Shown here in pieces: positions 23,818 to 36,388 of a DNA stretch of 64,000 bases. The notes beneath the pieces were generated by a model, which was not told the origin of the DNA, did no database searches, and saw only the letters and a list, made by a program, of their open reading frames with translations. Within the stretch, counting starts at the first letter, position 1. Each line of letters starts with the position of its first letter. The DNA comes from Squalus acanthias (taxonomy: Eukaryota), in contig CM059438.1 in NCBI GenBank assembly GCA_030390025.1, positions 69,194,001 through 69,258,000 on the forward strand. Direction: 5' to 3'. The translations under genes and the position numbers were made by a program.

Positions 23818-25037
23818 AACAACAACAACAACTTGTATTTATATAGCGCCTTTAATGTAGTAAAACGTCCCAAGGCGCTGCACAGGAGTATTTTAAGACA
23901 AGAAATTTGACTCCGAGCCACATAAGGATAAATTAGGGCAGGTGACCAAAAGCTTGGTCAAAGAGGTAGGTTTTAAGGAGCATCTTAAAGGAGAAAAAAG
24001 AGGTAGAGAGGCGGAGAGGTTTAGGCAGGGAATACCAGAGCTTGGGGCCCAGGCAACAGAAGGCACGGCCACCAATGGTTAAGCGATTATAATCAGGGAT
24101 GCTCAAGAGGGCGGAATTAGAAGAGTGCAGATATCTAGTGGGGTTGTGGGGCTAGAGGAGATTACAGAGATAGGAAGGGGCGAGGCCATGGAAGGATTTG
24201 AAAACAAGGATGAGAATTTTAAAATCGAGGTGTTGCTTAACCAGGACCCTATGTAGGTCAGCGAGCACAAGGGTAATGGGTGAACGGGACTTGGTGCGAG
24301 TTAGGATACAGGCAGCCAAGTTTTGGATCACCTTAAGTTTACATAGGATAGAATGTGGGAGGCCAACCGGGAGTGCGTTGGAATAGTCAAGTCTAGAGGT
24401 AACAAAGGCATGGATGAGGGTTTCAGCAGTGGATGAGCTGAGGCAAGGGCGGAGACGGGCGATGTTACAGAGGTGGAAATAGGCGGTCTTAGTTATGTTG
24501 TGGATATGTGGTCGGAAGCTAATTTCAGGGTCAAATATGACACCAAGGTTGCGAACAGAGTGGTTCAGCCTCAGACAGATGTTATTTAGAGGGATGGAGT
24601 CAGTGGCTAGGGAACAGAGTTTGTGGCGGGGACCGAAAACAATGACTTTGGTCTTCCCAATATTTAATTGGAGAAAATTTCTGCTCGTCCAGAACTGGAC
24701 AAGCAGTCTGACAATTTAGAGATCGTGGAGGGGTTGAGAGAAGTGGTGGTGAGGTAGAGCTGGGTGTCGTCAGCGTACATGTGGAAACTGACGCTGTGTT
24801 TTCGGATGATGTCGCCAAGGGGCAACATGTAGATGAGAAATAGGAGGGGGCCAAGAATAGATTCTTGGGGGACACCAGAGGTAACGATGCGGGAGCAGGA
24901 AGAGAAGCCGTTGTAGGGAATATCTAGCTACGATTAGATAGATAAGAATGGAACCAGGCGAGTGCAGTCCCACCCAGCTGGACGATGGTGGGGAGGCATT
25001 GGAGAAGGATGGAGTGGTCAACCATGTCAAGGCTGCA
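23818..25037 (-). mobile_element. L2 LINE, 5'-truncated
   Basis: (aac)n tail; the minus strand encodes the RT motif FHMYADDT at about 24764-24790. Confidence 0.88.
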
Positions 25038-26135
25038 TGTTCAGGGACATGCTCTTCTCTCCTCTGGGTTTCCATTTCCTTAATCCTTAGAAAGCTGGCA
25101 GATTCAGGCTCCACCCTGGGCCAATCTATTTCAAAACCTTTTTTCAGCTCAACCACTGTGACACATATATATATATATATTTATATAAAAAAGCAGTTTG
25201 ACCACAGACACTACCTCATCAATCTTAAATATATTTTTTCTGATTCAACGGCTAAGCGCTTCAATCAGGCAAAGAAAATCATCAGCAGCACTGGGAAAAA
25301 GTGCACACCCATTTAAACTTGTCCACTGCATGCCAGGGCTTAAAATGTTCATCTTGATGATTGTACAGTGGGTCCCAACTACTGTAATATGTTTCAAACA
25401 ATGTTGAAAAATGTCAAATTGCAAATTAAGTTAGAATTGCTGGGTTCCCTTGAAACACAGTCATGATTGTTGGTAGCTTTCAGATAACCAGCACTTACTA
25501 GGCAAACTAGATTGCAATAATTAATGCCTAGGCTCACACATGATGAAGGAACCCTTGGCCATGGGACAGGATCACAACCACATATGAAGAACTGGGGAAG
25601 CATCAAGAATAATTGAGAGTTTCTGACAACCTTAAGCCATGAAGAGGATTTAAAGATCAGCTAATTTTTCAACGAATGCCTGAAAATAACATCAAGATTC
25701 AAACTTACTTGATATGTTCTTCAGGCATTCTATGCAAATTTTGTACTATTTTCGATCTATTGTTGTTTATGTGGTATAAACTGAACAACACTCAGTTTTT
25801 AAGGATACATATTATTTGCAGTCATCGAGCTCTGAAGTACCAGTCTGTTTACACACCAACATCTTTTTGAATTGCTATTGGCATTATTAATATGGCATTG
25901 CTGTTGTAACAGATGGATTATAATGCTTCATTGGTTCAGTTGAATTAAAGTAATTGTGTGACTGTGTAACAGGGCCTTCTCGGTCCACTGGAATGCGTAG
26001 ATGCTATCTCTCCTGTTTACTCTCTCAAAACGTATGAAGAGCGGAATATTTGAAAGAAAAAATATTTTGCACTCACGTCCACTGAAGGCAATAGGACGTT
26101 CGGTTGGTTTACATATTTGTGGTTCAATTCTGGCC

Positions 26136-26235
26136 GAGTGTGTGTTCATCAGCCTACGTGGTGAGTGTGTGTTCATCAGCCTACGTGGCGAGTGTGTGTT
26201 CATCAGCCTACGTGGCGAGTGTGTGTTCATCAGCC
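26136..26235. repeat. 27-bp minisatellite, about 3.7 copies
   Basis: Unit gagtgtgtgttcatcagcctacgtgg(t/c) starting at 26136, 26163, 26190 and 26217. Confidence 0.95.
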
Positions 26236-26240
26236 CCTTT

Positions 26241-26864
26241 GAGGTGAATTTTAACCCCCAAAAATGGGTGGGTTTGGGTCAGGTGAGATGTTAAAACTTT
26301 TAAAATCTCAAGTCCGACTCCAGCCGCCCACTTCCGGGTTTATCGGAGGCAGGACAAGGCGCAGGCAGTCAACCCGCTCCCAGGAGGCAGATTCTCCATT
26401 TAAATATTGTAATGAGGCTGGGCCTCAGGACACCCGGCAGCTGAAGGGAGGCGAGTACAGCTTCGGGGAGAAGCTAAGTGCCTTTACAGCACTGCTTGTG
26501 GGCCAGGAGGAGCAAGGAGTGCTACCCCCCAGGCCCCTATGCTAACCCTCTTGCCTTGGATCGGACACCACCCATCCCCGTGGTCAGGAATCGGACCCGC
26601 AATCGGAGTCCCCCGGGGGTGGGGAATTGGACCCCCCCACACACACTCCCAGTAGCAGCTGCAGACTCCCTACCTGGGGCTGCGGCCTGCTCCGGCGCGC
26701 TCCCCGCCCGACTGGAAGCCAAGCCTGTCAATCAGGCGGGGATCCTGGCAAAAGAAAACTATGTCGAAACTCCACAGCATGCAGGGAAACCTGGACTTTC
26801 GGGTTTCCCATCCGAAACTCCGCCTCTCCTGCCTGTGCAACCCATCCCTGTCAAGATTGGTGCC
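26241..26864. mobile_element. degenerate GC-rich Harbinger-type MITE
   Basis: Termini gaggtgaattttaac / gtcaagattggtgcc resemble decayed TIRs; subterminal gggtgggtt...cccgc motifs as in the other copies. Confidence 0.45.
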
Positions 26865-27188
26865 TGTGTTTCAAAGGGTTTGAGTTCTTGATTGGAAATC
26901 CCAGCGGTAAGTACAGTCCAACTCTACCTCCCATGTAAACACATAAGGGAGAGAAAAACAATTTAGCACAGCTTGGCATTCAGGTTCAGTTGTGGAGCTG
27001 AAACACTTTCCACAGTAGTGGGCTTCAGAGCAGCTGTGCGTACAAGTATGTCTGTGTCCATGTGCATGAGTGTGTCTGTCTCTATGTAAAAATGGAGGTG
27101 CGAGGGAGTCACAGCAGTAAAATCGGGAGGCTAGGGAGCCACAGTGAGGGAGCTGAGTAGGATAAATAAAAATTTGGAAGTGGGGCTC

Positions 27189-28024
27189 ATACGAACATAC
27201 GAACATACGAATTAGGAGCAGGAATAGGCCACTCGGCCCCTCGAGCCTGCTCCGCCATTCAATAAGATCATGGCTGATCTGATTACTCCACATTCCCGCC
27301 TACCCCCGATAACTATTCACCCCCTTGCTTACCAAGAATCTATCTACCTCTGCCTTAAAAATATTCCAAGACTCTGCTTCCACCGCCCTCTGAGGAAGAG
27401 AGTTCCAAAGACTCACAACCCCCTGTGAGAAAAAATTTCTCCTTATCTCTGTCTTAAATGGGCAACCCCTTATTTTTAAACAGTGATCCCTAGTTCTAGA
27501 TTCTCCCACAAGAGCAAACATCCTCTCCACGTCCACTCTGTTCAGACCCCTCAGGATCTGATGGGCTGGATTTTCATAGGGCCGTGGAGGCGGGTTTGGA
27601 GGCGTGTGGGGGGTTAAAATAGCGAAAAGTGGCGGGCGGACCTGATCCCGACTCCATTCCGCCTCCACGCAATTTTGATAAAATCGTGTGCGGTGGTCCC
27701 GACTCCGTCCCGCCACCAAGAGGCGGGAGAGGCCATTAAAGCCCTTAACAAGCCCTAAATTGGCTCTGTAATGCCATTTTGAAACGTTTTAGCTAGTTTA
27801 ACCCTTTTCCGACGTGAAGCACGCCTGATGTGAAACACGCCAGTGAAACCTGGCGGGAGCACAAGTGGATAGCTGACTATCAGCTGCAGGTCCACTATTA
27901 CAACGGAGATGTGATGAAGGTAGTAGTAGTTTTAGGTCCGAAAGTCGCCTCTGATGCTACTGCATTGAATGTCTTCAGCGACTGCCTGGCCTTTGCTGTG
28001 AGAGGACCTGGATGCAAAAAAAAT

Positions 28025-28062
<38 letters not shown>

Positions 28063-29330
28063 CTGTGAGATGCTGCTCATTTTGCATCCAGGTCCTCTCA
28101 CAGCAAAGGCCAGGCAGTCTCTGAGATCAGGCAGTCTCTGACCTGCAATGCAGCAACAATGATGACATCATCAGAGGCGACTTTCAGACTGAAACCACTA
28201 ATTGGTTCATGGGTTCCCACATGCTGGAACTCAATTGCCCAATTAGGTGAAAATTGCAGCAATCTCCCACATCAAATTGCAGTCGGGTGGATAACACGAA
28301 ATGTGGATGACACAACCTCAACCCGCCCCAGTATCAAAATCCAGCCCTATATGTTTCAATCAAGTCACCTCTTATTCTTCTAAACTCCAGCAGATACAAG
28401 CCTAGCTTGTCCAACCGTTCCTCATAAGACAACCTGCCCATTCCAGGTATTAGTCTAGTAAACCTTCTCTGAACTGCTTCCAATGCATTTACATCCTTCA
28501 TTAAATAAGGAGACCAATACTGTACACAGTACTCCAGATGTGGTCTCACCAATGCCCTGTATAACTGAAGCATAACCTCCCTACTTTTGTATTCAATTCC
28601 CCTCGCAATAAACGATAACATTCTATTAGCTTTCCTAATTACTTGCTGTACCTGCATAGTAACCTTTTGTGATTCATGCACTAGGACACCCAGATCCCTC
28701 TGCATCTCAGAGCTCTGCAATCTCTCACCATTTAGATAATATGCTTCTTTTTTATTCTTCCTGCCAAAATGGACAACTTCACATTTTGCCACATTATACT
28801 CCATTTGCCAGATCTTTGCCCACTCACTTAACTTATCTATATCCCTTTGTAGCCCCCTTATGTCCTCTTCACAATTTACTTTCCTACCTATCTTTGTGTC
28901 ATCAGCAAATTTAGCAACCATACCTTTGGTCCCTTCATCCAAGTCATTTATATAAATTGTAAAAAGTTGAGACCCCAGCACTGATCCCTCTGGCACACCA
29001 CTCATTACATCTTGCCAATCAGAAAATGACCCATTTATGCCTACTCTCTGTTTCCTGTTAGCTAGCCAATCTTCTATCCATGCCAATATGTTACCCCCTA
29101 CACCATGAGCTTTTATTTTCCGCAATAACCTTTGATGTGGCACCTTATCAAATGCCTTCTGGAAATCTAAGTACAGTACATCCACCAGTTCCCCTTTATC
29201 CACAGCACATGTTACTTCCTCAAAGAACTCCAATAAATTGGTTAAACATGATTTCCCTTGCTCAAAACCATGTTGACTCTGCCTGATTACGTTGAACTTT
29301 TCTAAATGTCCAGCTATAATTCCCTGGTAA
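27189..29330 (-). mobile_element. CR1 LINE, 5'-truncated, interrupted by a MITE
   Basis: ORF 28334-29233 is an RT ([20 protein letters not shown]); the 3' part continues at 27562-27189; (gttcgtat)n tail. Confidence 0.92.
27563..28347. mobile_element. Harbinger MITE related to the 13718-18019 element
   Basis: TIR gggctggatttt / aaaatccagccc; TSD gat/tat; both ends alignable by eye with the full-length element; internal 40-bp perfect inverted repeat around (TC)n. Confidence 0.9.
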
Positions 29331-30124
29331 TCGAGTTAGCTCCAGCTGTTTAAATGTGTGAATTGAACATTTCCACATTTTGTGCTTCGAGGTCTTGTTT
29401 TTAGTAAGAAAGCACGCAATTTGAAATAAACAGGTCATATTTGGCATGTGGAGCCTGATACGCACAAAAACAAATCAAAATCACTTTTTTTTTCAGTCGT
29501 GGGCAGGAATTTCTTCTGTGCACAATTTAACTTTCATTGTCCGGACACGAAGAAATGACTCCCTCAAGACAGAGACAACCAACGGTGGTTCAATCTAGTG
29601 GAGGAGACGTCTATATGTATTTTACTGTTTGTAAGCTGAAGGCAGAAAGACAGGAGCAATGATTAACGTGCTTCAAATTCTGTTTGACTGTGCAGACAAC
29701 CTGACAGAGGACTGTTAAACATTTCCTTCTGTAGTGGGATGGGGAGGCTGTGGATCGAAGAAGGGGAAGTAATAGTGGATGAGAGGGGTGCAAAATTTAG
29801 GAAGCTCTAATATGTTGTCCTACATCCATTATGAACTGTGTTTTAAAAGGCACAATGAGTGTGGTTGAATTAACGTAAAAAGCTTTGCTGCAAATGCTAT
29901 CTAGCTCAATGGGATCAATCATGATGGACAACATGGTTGAAAGGATCCCTTCTTTACCTATAATTTAACATGCACACAGCACAGATGGTCAGGTTTTTAT
30001 GTTGCACCTGTCAACACACATTCCTGCTGCTTTTCTCTTTAGAAACAGAGAAAGACTCGTATTTATCCAGCACATTATCATGCCTTGAATATGTCTCCAA
30101 GCGCTCCACATACAATGAATTAGA

Positions 30125-32810
30125 GCCATAAAAGTTTATAGTACACAAGGTGGTCACTTGGCCCATCGTGTGTGTGCCAGCTCTTTGGTCATGCAGTCCA
30201 GCACTAATCCCACTGCCCTGCTCTCTTCCCACAGCTCTGTATCTTACTCCATTTCAAATATTTTTACTTTTTGGTTTGAAAGATACAACAGTCTCTTCCT
30301 CGGCTATTCCCTGTAGAAAAGCATTCTAATGTGTAGGCTTCGCAAAATTCCCCAGAAACTTGAATAGAACCCTAAAGGGGGTGAGTTTTGGATCTTAACA
30401 CGAATTTGGAATGATGGGACCTAAATGAAGGAATTTGAGGTCAAAACCTCAGTTTTGGGCATTTTTAAGGATCAGGGAAGAAAATCCCTGAGGAAAATGA
30501 CTTTGGATAATACTATACCTTTAAAAGGGCCATTGGGAAAACCTGCAGCCACAGAAACAAGACAGGCTGCGGGGAAGGGTGTGGTGAGGCAGTGGACAGC
30601 TTTTGGGTATTGGGACCAAGCCAAGCTGTCTGGGAGCTGTTTGCACTGCAATCCAACCAAGGAGGAAGAGCCTCACCCAAAAACCTCACAAACACATTCA
30701 AAAATTAATAAACAAAAACCCCTTTAGAAATCCCCAGGTCCAAACAGAATGCTGGAAGTCTGAAAACAATTCCTAACAATAAAACTTCCAGTACACAGCT
30801 TCACAGCCCATCATCCCATCAAAAACCAATTAGCCAAGTATCTACAGGAACAGATTTAATGAGCCCACCAAAAACCTAAGACAAAAGGAGCAAGATTTGG
30901 CGCATAGATAAAGGCCCTGTCTAAATGGGAGACATCGGAAGCCATCAGGACAAGTTAACATAAAGTTAAAGTCATCAGACTTAACGAGCCCGCCAAAACC
31001 TAAGACAATAGAATAAACAGGCCTCAACTGAAACCTAAATCACTTCAACACGAAACCGACTTAGTAAAGCGGTTTTGGCGCGAATAACACAATAGGCCTG
31101 AAACAGTATAATTGAGGGCCTAATCCCCCAAGAAGCAGAGAGTTACAAAGACGGGTCTATACACACGACATGAGCAGGAGGAGAGACAAGCAGCCAGGCC
31201 ACGAGGCAGGCAGACCCGAGGCGAGATCGGAGGCAGGGACAGACAAGGCCAGGCAAGGGCTGGAACTGAGACCATGAGCTGGGAGCGAGTCGGCATCACT
31301 CAACACACGGTCCAGCTCCAGGAGGTACCACCCCGACAGGCCTCCAACGCAACGAACCAACAACGAGAGCCGCCAAGGGCTCCACGAGGCAAACCGACAC
31401 TTGAAAGTACCGCGGAAACCAAGGCCCCGCGCAGCAACCAACCACCAGGCAACACCGAAAGACCAACACCAGGAAAACCCGAAGACACGCAAGTCTCCAT
31501 GCTACAAACTATTCCTGACTTAACCCTGGGTAAGATTTTCCCTTAAAAAACTCTAAACCCAACCTCTAAGGAAAAAAATCGGGTACTCACCTGACAGAAT
31601 CCAAAACGCACCTTACCGCATCAGCGGACAGGCCCAAACTGACCTGGAGTGCAGCTGAAGTCTTCCACCACGTCCGGGGTACGGCAGGCCCCAACAGCCA
31701 AAAACCTCAGTGAACCCCGAAATCGCGAAATACCTCAACTGTCAAGAACTGTCAAACGGTGAGCATTATCCCTGATCCTCTGGAATTAAACCTAGCTAGG
31801 CAGTGGGATTGGGAGGGATAAGGGTTTTTGTATATTGTCTTTCTCCCTTGCCTGCACCGTGTGTTCCCCAACCTGTGTTTAAGCATTACGTGTGTTTTAA
31901 GTTTGTTACCTTTTTTTCTTTAATAAAAGTCAAAACTCTTTCATCAAAACCTGTTGTCTACTGCATCTTTGTTCACAACCCCTAAATAAGTCCAAGGTCT
32001 AGAACCAGGGGCGTAGGAGCGATTCGAACCGCTCACTGAGTCAGAGGTGAAGCTAACCCTACCACACCACCCCCTACAAATGCCCGAAGAATCCTCTGCT
32101 TAAAGACATTTCTCCTAACCTCTGTCCGCATTCTCTTTAGTAATTTTAAATTGAGGACCCCTCATTCCTGATTCATCAACCAGAGGAAATAGTCTTACCC
32201 CATTCAGCCTATAATTTAAAAAATTCTCTTAAATCACTTCCTAGCCTTCTCTACTCTAGTGTAATTAGTCCCACTATCTCAAGGCTCTCCTAATAACTAC
32301 AGTTTCCCATCCTTAGCATCATCCTTGTGAATCTACACTGTACACTGTATCACTTTCTATTGTGGAGCAGTAAAAAAGGCAGACAGTACTCTAATTGTGG
32401 CTTAACTAATGTTTTGTACAAATGTATCATTACCTCCTTACTCTGTGCTCTATAGCTATTTATAAAATCCAAAATGCTGTTTGCATTTTTTTTAATAACT
32501 TTACTTACCTACCTTTGCACTTTCAGAGATCTCAGCATTTGAAGCCCGAGCTCTCTTTGTTCATTCACAGCCTTCAGTGGCAGTCCACTGAATGTAAACA
32601 CTCTTTGATTTTTCCTCCTAAAATGTATGACCTTACCCATCCACATTCAGTCGCACCTTCCACTTGCCTGCCCATTGTGCTAAGATGTCTAAATCTTCCT
32701 GAGGTCACTTACAGTCATCCTCCCTTTGTGCCAAACCTCCTACTTTTGTGTCATCAACAAACTTTGATGCGCTCCTTATACCCAAGTCCGAATCATTTAC
32801 ATATACCAAT
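30125..32810 (-). mobile_element. old, diverged CR1 3' fragment split by the solo LTR
   Basis: 30125-30331 and 32083-32810 resemble reverse-complement CR1 3' sequence (ggcccatcgtgtgtgtgccagctct..., cagtactctaattgtggcttaact...). Confidence 0.6.
30332..32078 (+). mobile_element. solo LTR, 1747 bp
   Basis: TGTAGG...CCTACA termini; perfect 4-bp TSD AATG (30328-30331, 32079-32082); AATAAA at 31922-31927; internal direct repeat gagccc(a/g)ccaaaacctaagacaa at 30861 and 30987. Confidence 0.85.
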
Positions 32811-33020
32811 AATAATAACTTGCATTTATACAGTGCCTTTAACATAGAAAAATGTCCTAAGATACTTCATCGAGCCCGAGGGAAAAAGCATCGAGCCAAA
32901 AAAGGAGATATTCAGAGCATTGACCAAAAGCTTCATCAAAAGTAGGTTTTAAGGAGAGTCTTAAAGGAAGAGAAGGAAGGGGTTATGGAAGGAATTGTAG
33001 AGTGTGAGGCTTAGACTGCT
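32811..33020 (-). mobile_element. L2 3' tail fragment
   Basis: aataataacttgcatttatacagtgccttt...gtaggttttaaggagagtcttaaagg matches 19078-19260. Confidence 0.7.
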
Positions 33021-33983
33021 GATTTCATCTAAGCTTTCTGCTATTCCAATGGTTTTGAAGTGCCGTGACTATTATATCCTCAAATGCAGAAGCCATGTTG
33101 TGCGTGACAATATCCCACAAGCAGACAATGACCAATTTATCTGTTTGTACTGGTAGAATTGGTTGAGGGAGAAATGTTGTCAGGTCACTAGGTGAACTCT
33201 CTGTTACTTTTCATAAAGCCCCTCTGGATTTTTTATCGTGCAGCTGAACCATTGGAACATGCAGAGAGAGCTTCAGTTCAACCTATCCTGTGAATGATGG
33301 AAACACACATTTGCACAAATAGTTATCAAATTCCAAGATCCCACAGGTTTGAATCATAGATCTTCAGAAATAAAAGTCATTTTAGGTAATGTTATCCTAT
33401 AATAGTGCCAGTAAAGCATTGTCATTTAAATAACGTGTAGATGCAGTCCAATCAAAGCAGTATTGTAGCAATCACGCGGCTACAAATCTTAATTTGTATT
33501 ATCATTTCTGCTGGAAATAACCTATATGTTGTTCAAAAGCTGGTCTGACACCTGCACATGTGACAATATATGTATACACAGGCTTTATCCCAGATATTTG
33601 GATTGTTGTCTTGTTCTCAGTTTTATTATTAAACTGGTGTTCATTGGCTCTGATTTAATTAAATGTTGCTTGGATCATTTTTTTAAGGTTAGTGTAATCT
33701 GAGGTGTAATCAGAACCTGAGATTTCTGACACGTTGACGTTATTTTAGTGATGTTCTCTAGCAGCATACTTGTTACTGCTGAGGCTGTCAAACCAGACCC
33801 AGTCCCAATCTGCTTTAATTAACCGTAAATCTGTACCAGCCAACATTGCCTGCCTGACTTGAGCATTACAAATAAGTATTGTGCTTTCACAGCATTATTC
33901 TCTGGGGCCACATAACCCACGTCAAAAAAAAAAATTGGATTGGGGAAGCAGGGGAAGACGAATGACCCTCAGTTGACTCACAG

Positions 33984-35160
33984 TGTCAGCCATGGCTCAC
34001 GGCAGCAATGTCGCCTCTGAGTCAGAAGGTTGCGGATTCAGGTCCCACTCCAGAGACTTGAACACAAAATCTAGGCTGACACTTCAGCATAGTGCTGAGG
34101 CAGCGCTGCACTGTTCGAGGTGCTGTCGATTGGACGAGACATTAAACTGAGGCCCCGTCTGCCCTCTCGGGTGGACATAATGGGCCGTAATTTGCGGCCC
34201 CTATGGGTGTGTACGTGGTGTGTACGCGCCCGTAAGGGTCGCGCTAGTTACGGGTCTTCGCGCGCAAAGCGCATGCGTAAAAACCCGAAACTTGCGATCT
34301 GTCAAGTATCTTCCCCGGGAAAAGGGCATCCGCTGAGGGGAGTTCTGCTCAGCGAATGCCCGTGAAATTCTTATGCCTGGTTTTAAGGCCTGCTTTTACC
34401 AGCGTAAGAGATTAAAAAAATATTAAAATAAATTTTTATCAATCATTTATACATTAAAAAACTGTACAATAAGGTAAGTTTATTTTTAGCCCCTTTAAAA
34501 CATTTAAATTTATTTTTCAAAAAATAAAATTTTGTTTTAAATATTTCATTAAATGGCATTTAATTAATTTTAAATATGTAATGGTTATTTTTTATTTATT
34601 TGATGTGTAGATGTATTTTTTGGGGGTATTCCCATTCATACTTATGGAGGTTCCATATGTACGGAATTCCCATAAGCATGAATGGGGATTCCCTTCTTTC
34701 ATTCATTGGGCCGGCCCATGTGATCCCAGGGGCGCTTGTGAACCGCCTGCGCCCCTGAGATATGTGGGCCTCTACCCGCGGGGACCCGGAAAGACCCAGG
34801 ACCGCGAGTCTCCGTACCTCCCGGACTTTCAGGCACGCGGGCATTTTATTTGCGGATCGGAGGCATTTCCCTGCCGGAAGCCTCCGACCGCACATTCAAG
34901 ACCAAAAGATCCCATGGAACTACTTCAAAGAAGAGCAGGGGATTTCTCTCCCCGTTGTCTGGGCTAGCATCCATCCCTCAACACTGAAACAGATTATCTG
35001 TTCATTATCTCAATGATGTTTGTGGGACCTTGCTGTGTGCAATTTGACTGCCGCGTTTCCTACATTACAACAGTGGCTACAAAAGAACTTAATTGGCTGT
35101 AAAGCACGTTGTGGTGTCCTGAGGTCATGAAAGGTGCTATATAAATGCAAGTTATTTCTT
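33984..35160 (+). mobile_element. DeuSINE-type SINE interrupted by a MITE
   Basis: Head 33984-34181 (...gtggacataa) resumes at 34904 (aaaagatcccatgg...) and ends aaaggtgctatataaatgcaagt. Confidence 0.85.
34182..34903. mobile_element. Harbinger-type MITE
   Basis: Clean insertion into the SINE; imperfect TIR gggccgtaatttgcgg / ccgcacattcaagacc; TSD aat/aaa; related to 39950-40714. Confidence 0.8.
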
Positions 35161-35776
35161 TTATGTCCCCCCCACACCCCGCCCCAAACCCCCATGGTTG
35201 CAACTAAGCCCGGGGTCAACCATGCCTGTCTCTTCAGGAGAGGAGTGACGGAAACTGAAGGGGCAAGAGATAAAAAGAGCAGATTTAAGGTGTTGAAAAT
35301 AGGGGTACAATTTAATGTTACTTGTTTATACTGACACTAACACTAACTTTAACAGGAAGTTATCACATTACAATGAAAAAGGTTACTTCCTTGTAGCAAA
35401 GGAGTTATATATCACTGGATGACTATATAGGCCTTAATTTTTATGTGCATGGGCTGTGTGGTAAGTTTGTAAAATTGTTTGGAGAAAAAAAATGAACTTC
35501 TAACACAGTTATGAGGACTACCCTAGTTTGAGGCATCCTCTCCAACTAGTTGAGGCCACAAAAATATATATAAAAAACATTGACATCAGTTCCCTTTCTG
35601 CATGACAGTGTATATTGGAATGGCGCAGAGCTTCTCTTGCACTGCTAATAGTTGGCACCTCCGCTGTTTTTGTGGTGCACAGATGGGACATTCATGACAA
35701 GTCAACAGAAATAACCATTTTGTTCTGTGTTGTATTAAGGGACCAATTAAATGTTAGAATTTCAAAATGAATGGTA

Positions 35777-35930
35777 GGGACTGGAATGTAAAGTGGGTCA
35801 GAATGCTATCCTTTCACCGCTGGGATTTTGGATTCAAATTCAGCCCATATTGAGAGATGAAAGTCACTGCCATCTGTAAGGGTCCTGTGTGAAATAACTT
35901 AAAGCAGCCTCCAGTGAGTTTTTATATGCA
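35777..35930 (+). mobile_element. ancient tRNA-derived SINE fragment resembling the LF-SINE 5' part
   Basis: cctttcaccgctgggattttggattcaaattcagccca...gaaagtcactgccatctg...tgtgtgaaat resembles the LF-SINE consensus as recalled; not verified. Confidence 0.45.
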
Positions 35931-35944
35931 TGCACCTGCCTAGC

Positions 35945-36160
35945 ATTGGGAGCAGCAGCGAGAGCGGACCGACCTGTGAGGGAACAGGCGAAGGAGGAGC
36001 GAAGAAATAAAACCCGAGGCTCGAGGCCCAGACCGAGCTATTGGGAGCAGCAGTGAGAGTGGACCAACCTGTGAGGGAACAGGCGAAGGAGGAGCGAGGA
36101 AATAAAGCCCGAGGCTCGAGGCCCAGACCGAGCTATTGGGAGCAGCAGCGAGAGCGGACC
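35945..36160 (+). repeat. 95-bp tandem repeat (about 2.3 units) in the CR1 5' UTR
   Basis: Units start with attgggagcagcag at 35945, 36040 and 36135. Confidence 0.9.
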
Positions 36161-36388
36161 AAAACAGGCAACATTCGAAAGTGACGTCAGAGATTAAAAG
36201 TGACGTCGGCACAAGGGAAGGAGCTGATTGGTAAGTAGGACCTGGTGAGTATGTCTACAGTCTAGTCGTTAAAGTAAAAGCAAGGTCTCTAGTTTAGAGT
36301 AAGTAGTGTTTAAAGTGAAGTAAGGTCCCTAGTGTATTTAATATTCTTTAATTTAAAGGAAGTAAAGGGAGTAAATTAAGGGTAGGAC

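Noticed and set aside
31157..31546. ORFs of 90-111 aa within the solo LTR
   Set aside because: Low-complexity products of a compositionally skewed region with no gag, pol or env motifs.
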